A DNA stretch of 40,898 nt from an uncultured Dehalococcoidaceae bacterium (lineage in GTDB: Bacteria; Chloroflexota; Dehalococcoidia; UBA2979). Each line of letters opens with the position of its first letter. The first letter of the stretch is position 1. The notes under the pieces were generated by a model that had not been told where the DNA came from, ran no database searches, and saw only the letters and a list, made by a program, of their open reading frames with translations. The position numbers and the translations under genes were made by a program. Where the stretch lies: NCBI GenBank assembly GCA_964606125.1, contig CAZSFJ010000003.1, forward strand, positions 1 to 40,898, in the 5' to 3' direction. This document shows positions 17,718 to 26,369 of this stretch, one piece after another.

Positions 17718-18872
17718 CTACTGATTACCTAGAATCAGAGTACTTGTAGCACTAAACATACCGCCGGGTGCGTGTACGAGAGAAACTTCAACCCCATCGA
17801 CCTGTGCTTCGGCTTCACCTCGAAGTTGTCGTACTGATTCTTGGATCGCAAACATGCCATACATACCAGTGTGCGTATATGACAGACCACCACCATTGGT
17901 ATTAATGGGAAAGTCTCCGCCGGGCGCAGAATGCATTTCCGCAAACCACGGGCCACCTTCACCAGGTTTCACGAAACCGAGGGCTTCGAGTGCGTAGATC
18001 GGGGTATGCGAAAACGCGTCATAGAATTCGGCGTGATCAATTGCCGAGTGGTCTAGCCCAGCCATTTTGAAAGCCTCTGGTCCAGTATGGCGTGCAGCAC
18101 CTGTCCACTCAGTGAAATCGAGCATCTGGCTTACATTGGTGTGGGCAATAGATTCACCTCGTCCCAATACGTATACAGGCTTTTTGGGGAAGTCTTTTGC
18201 GCGTTCCTCCGATACCAGGATTAATGCGCCACCACCATCAGTTACTAGGCAGCAATTCAGGAGGTGCAGTGGCCATGCAATCATCCGGCTTTCGAGGACA
18301 TCTTGGATGGTGATGGGGTCTCTCATCATTGCACGGGTATTTTTTTCAGCCCACTGTCGCGTGGCAACTGAAACTGCAGCGAGCTGCTCCTCAGTTGTAC
18401 CGTATTTTTTCATATGCTGTGCAATTGGAACTGAGAACATAGTAGGAGGTCCCGCGACACCGAATGGTGCTTCGAACTGTCCAGTCGGGGTCTGTCGACC
18501 AGCTCCGCCTCCGCCAACACCAACACGAGATCGTCCCGATTCTCCATGGGTCACGAGAATAACGTCAGCATAGCCCGCGGCGATGGCTGCCACAGCATGG
18601 CTTACGTGGATGAGGAATGAACACCCACCTACTGATGTACCGTCCACGTATCGAGGAATGATTCCCAGGTATTCGGCTAGTGCTGCCGGAGAGACACCAG
18701 CGGTAGCGAGTCCGTCGACATCATCCAAAGTTAATCCAGCATCGGCTAATGCATTAAATGCTGATTCTGCATGCAGCTGCAGAGTTGAGTGAGTGGGGAG
18801 CTTACCCACAACGTCGGTCTCTGCTGCTCCGACGATCGCTACTTTATGACTTAAGTTTCTTGTATCTGCCAT
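17718..18872 (-). CDS. Non-canonical thiolase-family protein, copy 2
   Basis: VGGCSF, PLHLLNCCLVTDGG, FYDAF, NTNGGGLSYTHTG and HAPGG motifs. Confidence 0.9.
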   Translation of the reverse strand: MADTRNLSHKVAIVGAAETDVVGKLPTHSTLQLHAESAFNALADAGLTLDDVDGLATAGVSPAALAEYLGIIPRYVDGTSVGGCSFLIHVSHAVAAIAAGYADVILVTHGESGRSRVGVGGGGAGRQTPTGQFEAPFGVAGPPTMFSVPIAQHMKKYGTTEEQLAAVSVATRQWAEKNTRAMMRDPITIQDVLESRMIAWPLHLLNCCLVTDGGGALILVSEERAKDFPKKPVYVLGRGESIAHTNVSQMLDFTEWTGAARHTGPEAFKMAGLDHSAIDHAEFYDAFSHTPIYALEALGFVKPGEGGPWFAEMHSAPGGDFPINTNGGGLSYTHTGMYGMFAIQESVRQLRGEAEAQVDGVEVSLVHAPGGMFSATSTLILGNQ

Positions 18873-18905
18873 TATTTTTCTCCAATTTCAAATCTAAGTA
18901 AGTGA

Positions 18906-19322
18906 CTAGGCTAGGTGCCAGACCGGCAATGTAACCTCATCTGATACATCTTCGTAACCAATCTCCATCGGTGCGTTAACCGGAAGGTTTTCGGCCGTTG
19001 GTTCAAGGTCACCTAGATCGAGATTAGTCATCATTTTTCCGCCCTCTTCGAGCGCAACGACAGCAATCACATACGGCGTTTCGAACGCTGGATGTCCTCG
19101 GTGAGGTATGACGTACGAATGCAATGTGCCCTTACCTGACGCCGTAAACCACTCTACATTTTGGGAATGGCAACCCTCTTTAGGACAGAACGGGCGCGGA
19201 TAAAAATAACCGTCTCCACAGGTATTACATTTTTGAATTCTGAGTTCATGCCTTTTGAGTCCGTCCCAGTATTCCTGTGATTCGGGATCGGCTTCTGGTA
19301 AAGGTCGCTGAGGTGTAGTCAT
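18906..19322 (-). CDS. DUF35 Zn-ribbon/OB-fold protein, copy 2
   Basis: CNTC...FYPRPFCPKEGC zinc ribbon; GTLHSY and LEEGGKMMTN motifs; RBS AGGAGG upstream. Confidence 0.92.
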   Translation of the reverse strand: MTTPQRPLPEADPESQEYWDGLKRHELRIQKCNTCGDGYFYPRPFCPKEGCHSQNVEWFTASGKGTLHSYVIPHRGHPAFETPYVIAVVALEEGGKMMTNLDLGDLEPTAENLPVNAPMEIGYEDVSDEVTLPVWHLA

Positions 19323-19446
19323 GTTTGGTCCCCCTCCTATTGGTTCAACGATTGCTTTTGTACATGCAGGATAGTATCACTAGCAGGAGCCCACGGGTTA
19401 GAGTCACACTAGAGATTTAAGTTAGGGAATAAACGGGAGTATTCAA

Positions 19447-20208
19447 GTGATCTTAGTGCAACGTCATTTTCATGTAGCGAAGGCCAATCGGGCGCCGTTC
19501 GAACGTATGAGTAGTAAAGGTTTATGGCCCGCGATGACGGAGATGGGCGTGCAGATGGTTGCCTACGGTACATGGGGATTTGCTGGCACTGGTGATGTAG
19601 TCGTTACTCACACGGTTTATGAGGACTTTGATCACTGGTATGCAACACGGAGAACCGCACCTGGTCACCGCGATGGGGAGAAGGTTGGTGCCTTTTACGA
19701 TGACCCACAGATCGTGGGGGCGATCAGCCGTCTAATGCCTATATACGCCGAGCGAGATGTTTTGATTGAACACTCAGAAGCCTATCCTTTTCTGCTCGAT
19801 GAAGAGCTCTCCCGACCAAAAGTTCATTACCGTACAAGTGATACCGGACCGAGTCCACTTCCGCCAACCTTTGGTCGAGGATCAATAGTCGAGGAGGTTA
19901 GCTTTGAATTTGACTCAGATGACCTGGCAAATGACGGTAAGCAGCAGCTGAGTGAATTTGTCTGGCCTACTATCGAGAAAAAAGGCGGTAGAGTGATCGG
20001 TCTGGGTACGAGTGCACTTACAGGCGATAACAGCTTCACCACATTCGTATCTTTTCCTTCGTTTCGCGAGTATGTTGAGTACGGGAGAATGTGTCCAGAA
20101 GACACGGAGGACTCGGTTCGTAAGGGATGGGAATCGGTCCACCAGTCTTCAAAGGGAATGAATCGGCGACTTTTGATAGTAGGGAGTGACTACGGTGCAA
20201 AATCCTGA
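19447..20208 (+). CDS. Hypothetical protein with two tandem NIPSNAP-like (dimeric alpha+beta barrel) domains
   Basis: Internal duplication: LWPAMTEMGVQMVAYG...YEDFDHW vs VWPTIEKKGGRVIGLG...FPSFREY. GTG start after GGGAG. Confidence 0.65.
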   Translation: MILVQRHFHVAKANRAPFERMSSKGLWPAMTEMGVQMVAYGTWGFAGTGDVVVTHTVYEDFDHWYATRRTAPGHRDGEKVGAFYDDPQIVGAISRLMPIYAERDVLIEHSEAYPFLLDEELSRPKVHYRTSDTGPSPLPPTFGRGSIVEEVSFEFDSDDLANDGKQQLSEFVWPTIEKKGGRVIGLGTSALTGDNSFTTFVSFPSFREYVEYGRMCPEDTEDSVRKGWESVHQSSKGMNRRLLIVGSDYGAKS

Positions 20209-21130
20209 TTTGCAGGTAACAAAAGGCGAGTTGCTCGAAATTGAGTCCTTGGCAGTCGAACTAGCGAATTGGGCTGGCGCCGAGGCAACTCGGTCGTTAT
20301 TGACGGATCTAGATATCTCATACAAACCGAGGGGACCTCAGCGTCGACCGCGCTCCAAGACAGACCCCGGCGATCCAGTGTCAGAAATGGACAAAGCACT
20401 GGAGAAAGAGTTACGAAGTCGTATACGAGATAAGTTTCCTCAGCATGCCATACTTGGGGAAGAGGAAGAAACTCTGCCTGAGGATGAAACCGAGTGGGTT
20501 TGGGTGATAGACCCCATCGATGGCACATCAAATTTTGTGAATAGATTTCCTTTGTTTGCCGTATCGATCGGTGTGATGTACCGGGCAGTACCCGTAGTCG
20601 GGGCGATATGGTGCTCGAGCACCCATCTCCTCGGAAGCGGAGTGTATCACTCATATATTGGAGGCAAACTATATCTTGATGAAGAAGAAGTGGCTCCTCC
20701 ACCGGCCCAGGTGAAACGTAGACTCGGAGCTGCACCTGGTGGTTCGCTCGGCAGTACAGAGAACTGGGACAATCGGGTCACTGGAAGTGCTGCTTTTGAA
20801 TTGGCAATGGTGAGTGCCAAAGTGTTTACGTCTGTTCCGCTTTGGTCGTTATCAATCTGGGATGTGACTGCCGGTATTTGTCTTGCTCGATCAGCAGGAC
20901 TGGAAGTTTGGATAAAGACCAAAGATGACTGGGAGATGTTTGAGCAATTCAAACCCGGTTTCAGAGATACCGAAACAGAGGATCCTAAAGATCAATCTCT
21001 ACGCTATTGGCGAGCGCCTCTAGTCGTGGGAGCCTCAGACGCCACGTTAGTTTGGCGAAAGAAATCTGAGAGAGTCTTGGGGTGGCAAGGTCGATTTCGG
21101 CGTCGACTGAGAAAGTTTGTAAGTGTCTGA
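20195..21130 (+). CDS. Inositol monophosphatase family protein
   Basis: ILGEE, WVIDPIDGTSNF and WDVTAG motifs. GTG at 20195 is better spaced from AGGGAG than GTG at 20186. Confidence 0.88.
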   Translation: MQNPDLQVTKGELLEIESLAVELANWAGAEATRSLLTDLDISYKPRGPQRRPRSKTDPGDPVSEMDKALEKELRSRIRDKFPQHAILGEEEETLPEDETEWVWVIDPIDGTSNFVNRFPLFAVSIGVMYRAVPVVGAIWCSSTHLLGSGVYHSYIGGKLYLDEEEVAPPPAQVKRRLGAAPGGSLGSTENWDNRVTGSAAFELAMVSAKVFTSVPLWSLSIWDVTAGICLARSAGLEVWIKTKDDWEMFEQFKPGFRDTETEDPKDQSLRYWRAPLVVGASDATLVWRKKSERVLGWQGRFRRRLRKFVSV

Positions 21131-21938
21131 CGAATCAAAAGTTCCTCTATACGTGAGCGTCAAGGATGCGTTCAGAGTGTCATTTGTCCCTGAGGTGTTT
21201 GTAAGATTGGCGGAATTTCCTAACTATTTCCGGCATGTTTGGCCTCAATTGGTGCCTTCGATAGAGACCGTAGGTTTTTTGAATTCAGCATTGTACATGG
21301 CCGATATGGCACTGGAGGCGGCGCAGGACGTGTACGAACCGGTATTGGACCACGACGCATATCGGCCGGAGACTGCAATTGATCAGGAGTCATTGCGCTT
21401 GGCCGTGGATTTGTTCCACTATGTACAGCCGCAGCTTCTTCTTGTTTTGGCGGGGCTAGCGGAAGCTTTCGATCGCGAAGAAATAGGCGGATATGGTTCA
21501 GTAGAAGTTCGTCCCCGGACAAAGCGTGAAGATACGCATTTTGCTACTGGCCTCATATTTTCAGATCGGTTTTCAGAAGGCGCAGATATTCGCGGAGTTC
21601 TAGGCACTAGTAGGGTGCCCGATATTTATAGATCTACCGGAGAATTTCCCAACTTCGTGGAGTTGTTTTGGCAGGAGGTGAAAGAACTACACTCTTATCC
21701 TGATTTCCGGAGACGGTCCCGTGGCCTCTATTATTACGCCCGCTCAGCTACCAAGTTTCTCGCTAATCCGATCAGGGCCAGTGAGGCAGATCTTCTGAAA
21801 CTTAATCTCGAGGTACAAGATATATTGGTGCTCAGGGAGCTAATTGACGATGAGCTACTACAAACAGCAGTTATGATGATGCACGCGGAGTGTATGCGGA
21901 TAGTTCTTGGTGATACAGCCAGAGAGGTCGTACAGTAG
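21123..21938 (+). CDS. DehI-like (group I haloacid dehalogenase fold) protein
   Basis: Two-fold repeat VKDAFRVSFVPEVFVRLAEFPNYFRHVWPQL / IRGVLGTSRVPDIYRSTGEFPNFVELFWQEV and FHYVQPQLLL, resembling the DehI family. Confidence 0.7.
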   Translation: MSDESKVPLYVSVKDAFRVSFVPEVFVRLAEFPNYFRHVWPQLVPSIETVGFLNSALYMADMALEAAQDVYEPVLDHDAYRPETAIDQESLRLAVDLFHYVQPQLLLVLAGLAEAFDREEIGGYGSVEVRPRTKREDTHFATGLIFSDRFSEGADIRGVLGTSRVPDIYRSTGEFPNFVELFWQEVKELHSYPDFRRRSRGLYYYARSATKFLANPIRASEADLLKLNLEVQDILVLRELIDDELLQTAVMMMHAECMRIVLGDTAREVVQ

Positions 21939-21982
21939 GTATCGGAATCGTAGTCGATGGACGGAAAGTAAATGGTAGTTTT

Positions 21983-22636
21983 ATGAACGAACACAATAGC
22001 GAGAATTTGGGGCTTATGGAGGCTCTCCATTCAACCCCAGCAAGGAGATATTTATCACAGGAGCCGATTTCTGATGAGTTAATTTGGGAGCTTCTTGATG
22101 CCGCGATCAGGGGTCCTTCGGGTGGAAATAATCAGGGATGGGGTTGGATCGTCGTAAAAGATCAATCTGTAAAAAAACAGATCGCGACTTGGTATAGAGA
22201 AGGATGGGAACGTGCATATGGTGTGCGCCGAGAGCAAATCTTGGCTGGCAATGATCCCTCGGATACTTTAGGTTCGAGGAATTTCCGTAGCGCAGAATAT
22301 TTAGCGAATCATATAGAGGAAGCTCCAGTCTGGGTGTTTGCGGTTCAAAGAAACACTTCAGATCAAAATGGGCCAAGAACAGGATCTTCAATTTATGGTG
22401 CTATACAGCACCTGATGCTAGCCGCACGTTTTCATGGTATTGGGGCAACTCTCACGACCCTATATGCGGGTCATGAATCCGACGTCAAAAACCTTCTTGG
22501 CATACCCGATGACGCGATGACGATGGCGTTGATACCTTTGGGCTACCCAAGTCGGGGCAGATGGGCCCAACCTAAGCGCCAGGATGTACAGGAAGTCACT
22601 CACTGGGAAAAGTGGGACGACCACAGGAATCGCTAG
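21983..22636 (+). CDS. Nitroreductase family protein
   Basis: TPARRY, GPSGGNNQGW, AIQHLMLAAR..GIG and LIPLGYP motifs. Confidence 0.92.
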   Translation: MNEHNSENLGLMEALHSTPARRYLSQEPISDELIWELLDAAIRGPSGGNNQGWGWIVVKDQSVKKQIATWYREGWERAYGVRREQILAGNDPSDTLGSRNFRSAEYLANHIEEAPVWVFAVQRNTSDQNGPRTGSSIYGAIQHLMLAARFHGIGATLTTLYAGHESDVKNLLGIPDDAMTMALIPLGYPSRGRWAQPKRQDVQEVTHWEKWDDHRNR

Positions 22637-23535
22637 CTGCTTGATTTTACCTCGGTGTTGGTTAATTGTTCGAGAGCGGTGATTAACGCCTGTGTCCCGG
22701 CGTCACTTCCATGAATTCCTTCAGCAACCGCAAACATTCGGTCCACTAGGGCCGTACCTAACAGTGGCATGTTGACGGAATCAGCTGCTTCAATTGCCAG
22801 GCGAAGATCCTTGCGTTGCAGGCCGACTTTGAAACCAGGAGAGAAATCGCGTTGGATTATTTGAGGTCCAAGATTACTTATTTGCCAAGATCCGGCGGCT
22901 CCAGCAGAGATTGCTTCCAACATGACTTCAGGGTCAACCTGATTTAGCGTACAAAAAATTAACGCCTCAGCGAGCGCAAAATTATTTATGCAAACAGCTA
23001 TTTGATTACATAGCTTTACAGTTTGGCCAGCCCCAGACGGTCCACAATGAGTTATCTGTTTGCCCATCGATTCAAGCAGAGGCATCACTTTTCGGAGAGA
23101 CTCATCATCCCCCCCACACATGATCGATAATGTGCCCGCGATAGCACCCTTATCTCCCCCTGACACTGGCGCGTCGATCAGGCTAACTTGCAAATTGCTC
23201 AGGTCAGCATAAATCTCCCGGGTCACATCTGGGGAAATAGTTGAATGATCCACAACGATCATTCCGGGTCTAAGGCCTTCTGAGAGGCCTTGTATTTGCT
23301 CCGACCCGTTGATCACGTCGACCACGTCACCGGAGTTAGTGACACAGATAAACACGTAGTCGCTATTTTCGCCGACTTCTTTTGGAGAGTCCACAACAAC
23401 TGCGCCCTCATCAGCCAATGCATTTGTCTTTGCTGCTGACCTGTTCCAAATAACTAGGTCATGACCGGCTTTCAATAAGTTCCTGGCCATGGGCTCACCC
23501 ATAATTCCCATTCCTATGAATCCACACTTTGCCAT
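22633..23535 (-). CDS. NAD(P)-dependent beta-hydroxyacid dehydrogenase (GarR/MmsB family)
   Basis: GFIGMGIMG.PMA, DAPVSGG, GQTVKLCNQ and KDL motifs. Confidence 0.92.
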   Translation of the reverse strand: MAKCGFIGMGIMGEPMARNLLKAGHDLVIWNRSAAKTNALADEGAVVVDSPKEVGENSDYVFICVTNSGDVVDVINGSEQIQGLSEGLRPGMIVVDHSTISPDVTREIYADLSNLQVSLIDAPVSGGDKGAIAGTLSIMCGGDDESLRKVMPLLESMGKQITHCGPSGAGQTVKLCNQIAVCINNFALAEALIFCTLNQVDPEVMLEAISAGAAGSWQISNLGPQIIQRDFSPGFKVGLQRKDLRLAIEAADSVNMPLLGTALVDRMFAVAEGIHGSDAGTQALITALEQLTNTEVKSSS

Positions 23536-23683
23536 TTTGATGAGCTCCTAAATTTTTTGTTCTGTGCCTAATTTAATTTCTTTAATTTGTTGAAACTATC
23601 TGTTTAGTCGTCTGTAAGCTGCAATGTTTTTTAAATCATGCTTTAATTCCTAAGTGCGCTATATTGTCATGGATTGAGGAATA

Positions 23684-23869
23684 GTGAATTTTATGCGGCG
23701 TGGGATTAGTCTACTCGTAGTTTTATCAGTAGGGATAGGCCTCATACTTCAGGTTCTCCGGTCACGTGGACTCATTCGCGGGGGTGAATGCGGCCCCGTG
23801 TGCGACTGTTCCGTGGGGGTGCGCACATGTCGCTGTGGACATCCGACCTGTCTCAGCCCAGTTCTGTAG
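23684..23869 (+). CDS. Small membrane-anchored Cys/His-rich protein
   Basis: 61-aa ORF filling an intergenic gap, with GAGGA upstream. One TM helix is followed by CGPVCDC...CRCGHPTC. Start may be GTG 23684 or ATG 23693. Confidence 0.65.
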   Translation: MNFMRRGISLLVVLSVGIGLILQVLRSRGLIRGGECGPVCDCSVGVRTCRCGHPTCLSPVL

Positions 23870-23919
23870 CAAGTTAGGCTACTGAACTTAAAACTTGATG
23901 AAGGAAGAAGGTTAAAGTT

Positions 23920-24999
23920 ATGAAAGCAGCAGTATTGAACGGTCCACAGACAGCTCTGAGTATTGAGGATTTGGAGGTTGATAGTCCTGGCCCAACCGAG
24001 GCAGTTGTAAAGGTTATCGCGGCGGGGGTATGTCACTCGGATCTGCACTTTATTGAGGGAACTTATCCCACTCAGTACCCCACCGTTTTAGGACATGAGG
24101 TGGCTGGAGTTGTAAGTGAAATAGGTGCAGCTGTTACTAATGTTTCCGTAGGCGACAGGGTCATCATTGGATTTGTACAACCTTGTGGACACTGTGGTGA
24201 CTGTGACAGTGGACGGCCAAATCTTTGCCGTCAAGGAGCACCTCGCAGAGAGCAGCCTGGCCTCACCCGAGGGGGTGAGGGAGTTACTCAGATGGCGAAT
24301 GTCGGTGGTTTTGCTGAGTATGTTATTACCTATGCCTCTGGTCTTGTGAAGGTGACTGACGACATTCCTTTGGAGATCGCAGCACTTGTGGGATGTTCAG
24401 TCATGACCGGGTACGGTGCAGTTGTAAACACAGCGGGTGTCACACCTGGCTCAACTGTGGCTGTCATAGGTGCTGGCGGAGTAGGTTTGAATATTATCCA
24501 GGCGGCAGCGCTCGCGGGAGCCCAGAAAGTGATTGCTGTAGACATGGTGGAGCACAAGTTAGCGACTGCCCGTAATTTTGGTGCCACAGATGTCGTTGAT
24601 GCGTCAGAGGGTGATCCCATAGCAAAGGTACAAGAGCTTACAGGTGGGGGTTGTGATTTTGCATTTGAGGCCATCGGGCTTAAGGCAACTTCCGAACAGG
24701 CCTATCAAATGGCCCGTAGAGGTGGGACCGCCATCGTGGTCGGTATGGTTCCGCCACTCGACAAAATTGAAGTGAGCGGAATGATTTGGATGGAAGAGAA
24801 AACTTTAAAGGGTTCGTTTTATGGTGGTGCCCGATTCCACAGGGATATGCCAAACATTCTGAACTTGTATCGTCAGGGTAAATTGGATCTCGATGGATTG
24901 GTCACCCGCAGATACAAGCTTGATGAAATAAATGACGCGTTCGATGCTCTTAGAAATGGCGAGGTCACAAGATCGGTGCTCGCGATTGGAATTGAGTAG
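23920..24999 (+). CDS. Zn-dependent alcohol dehydrogenase (class III-like MDR)
   Basis: GVCHSD, GHE, CGHCGDC..GRPNLC and GAGGVG motifs. Confidence 0.95.
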   Translation: MKAAVLNGPQTALSIEDLEVDSPGPTEAVVKVIAAGVCHSDLHFIEGTYPTQYPTVLGHEVAGVVSEIGAAVTNVSVGDRVIIGFVQPCGHCGDCDSGRPNLCRQGAPRREQPGLTRGGEGVTQMANVGGFAEYVITYASGLVKVTDDIPLEIAALVGCSVMTGYGAVVNTAGVTPGSTVAVIGAGGVGLNIIQAAALAGAQKVIAVDMVEHKLATARNFGATDVVDASEGDPIAKVQELTGGGCDFAFEAIGLKATSEQAYQMARRGGTAIVVGMVPPLDKIEVSGMIWMEEKTLKGSFYGGARFHRDMPNILNLYRQGKLDLDGLVTRRYKLDEINDAFDALRNGEVTRSVLAIGIE

Positions 25000-25010
25000 T
25001 GTGAGTTGCT

Positions 25011-25036
25011 TTCTTCGTATCTAGAAATACGAAGGG
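25011..25036 (+). terminator. Possible terminator/stabilising hairpin after the ADH gene
   Basis: CTTCGTAT-ctagaa-ATACGAAG, an 8-bp stem starting 13 nt after the stop; no U tract. Confidence 0.35.
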
Positions 25037-25102
25037 CTCCGTAGCACTGAATTCCACGAGGAGTTGCCTTTAGAAGGAATTGACTTGGGGATTAATAGAA
25101 AT

Positions 25103-26341
25103 ATGTGGCCGCCGCGTCTGAGCCAAGTGCTGGTCATGGTATTGCTCGGGTCTATTCTGTTGACTGGGACTTTCATAGTATTAAGCCAAGCGGGTGGCTA
25201 CGGTTCGAATCAGCGTACGACTCGAGCGATGCACTCGCCGACTCCCACTCAGTTGAAGGAAAAGAGCCATGGGACCGCAGTGCCAGGTTATACAGCCGAA
25301 GAAACACCAGCACATAAAACTCCCGTAGCAGAGGTATTGGCGGTTTCTACGCCGACAACGACTGGGACTACAGAGAGCCAAATGGAAGCACCTGTTGCTG
25401 CTTCGACTATGATTTCTAAGTCCAATGACCCCGCCCCGGTAGCTGAAAGCAATGACCAGCCAGCGGGAGAGTTGATGGTTCCAACTTTCATGAGAGAAGC
25501 TGGTTGGTTCGATGTAAATCCTCGTTTGTCGAGTGGACCAGGGAAACCGCAGCCTTCGGTGCATCGCTCATTGTTCGAGCAGTCGATGTTCGTTGGTTTG
25601 TACGGAGCACCTGGAATCTGTCAGATGGGAATCCTCGGATGCATTCAACTCAATGAAATTGAATCCCAGATTGAACCTCTTGTTCGTCAGTATCAAAAGC
25701 TCGCAGGTGAGTCGATACGTGTTAACGGGGCGATCCACTACGTTGTCGACATTGCTCATGAAGAGCCGGGTCCGACTGGCGAATATGTTAAATATGATGA
25801 TCTTGAAACAATTAAGACGTACGCAGATTATGCAAAGAAACACAGTTTGTTGCTATTTCTTGATTTGCAAATTGGTTGGGGGGAGGTCGATCAGCAGATC
25901 TTACGTTTCTCAGATTTGCTAGCGGAGCCACATGTTCACATTGCGCTTGACCCTGAATGGGCAACTAAATATTCAGGTGTACCTCCAGGCGGTGACTACA
26001 TCGGTCGTCTGACAGCTGAGGAAATAGACCAGGTGCAGTTAGTACTGGCTGACATTGTGATAAAGCACGATATCCCGAGAAAGATATTGATAGTGCACCA
26101 ATTCCTTAGCATTATGATTCCTGACGAGAAATTCAAACCCGTGCCGGAAGTCGATTTGGTGATTGACTGCGATGGGTGGGGTCCTCCCCAAGCTAAACTC
26201 GCAGACTATTCGCAATTTTCTCTTGGACCTCATTCTGAATTCCCCGGTATTAAATTGTTTTTTGAATGGGATACGCCATTGCTTACGCCCATAGATCTCA
26301 TGCGCCTGAGCTATCCACCTAAATACGTGGTCTACCAGTAA
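25103..26341 (+). CDS. Secreted or membrane-anchored hypothetical protein (TM + T/P/A-rich linker + conserved C-terminal domain)
   Basis: Hydrophobic N-terminal helix and low-complexity linker, then GLYGAP...MGILG, LDLQIG, HIALDPEW, LIVHQF, DGWG and GIKLF motifs. Start uncertain (25064 TTG or 25103 ATG). Confidence 0.75.
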   Translation: MWPPRLSQVLVMVLLGSILLTGTFIVLSQAGGYGSNQRTTRAMHSPTPTQLKEKSHGTAVPGYTAEETPAHKTPVAEVLAVSTPTTTGTTESQMEAPVAASTMISKSNDPAPVAESNDQPAGELMVPTFMREAGWFDVNPRLSSGPGKPQPSVHRSLFEQSMFVGLYGAPGICQMGILGCIQLNEIESQIEPLVRQYQKLAGESIRVNGAIHYVVDIAHEEPGPTGEYVKYDDLETIKTYADYAKKHSLLLFLDLQIGWGEVDQQILRFSDLLAEPHVHIALDPEWATKYSGVPPGGDYIGRLTAEEIDQVQLVLADIVIKHDIPRKILIVHQFLSIMIPDEKFKPVPEVDLVIDCDGWGPPQAKLADYSQFSLGPHSEFPGIKLFFEWDTPLLTPIDLMRLSYPPKYVVYQ

Positions 26342-26369
26342 CTGTCCTGTCGGCTAAGCTTAGAGACCA

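Noticed and set aside
18067-18792. Long plus-strand ORFs opposite thiolase copy 2, and similar shadows such as 4711-5190, 7169-7588, 20190-20735 and 31272-31694
   Set aside because: They lie fully antisense to well-supported genes, have no motifs, and are explained by codon bias.
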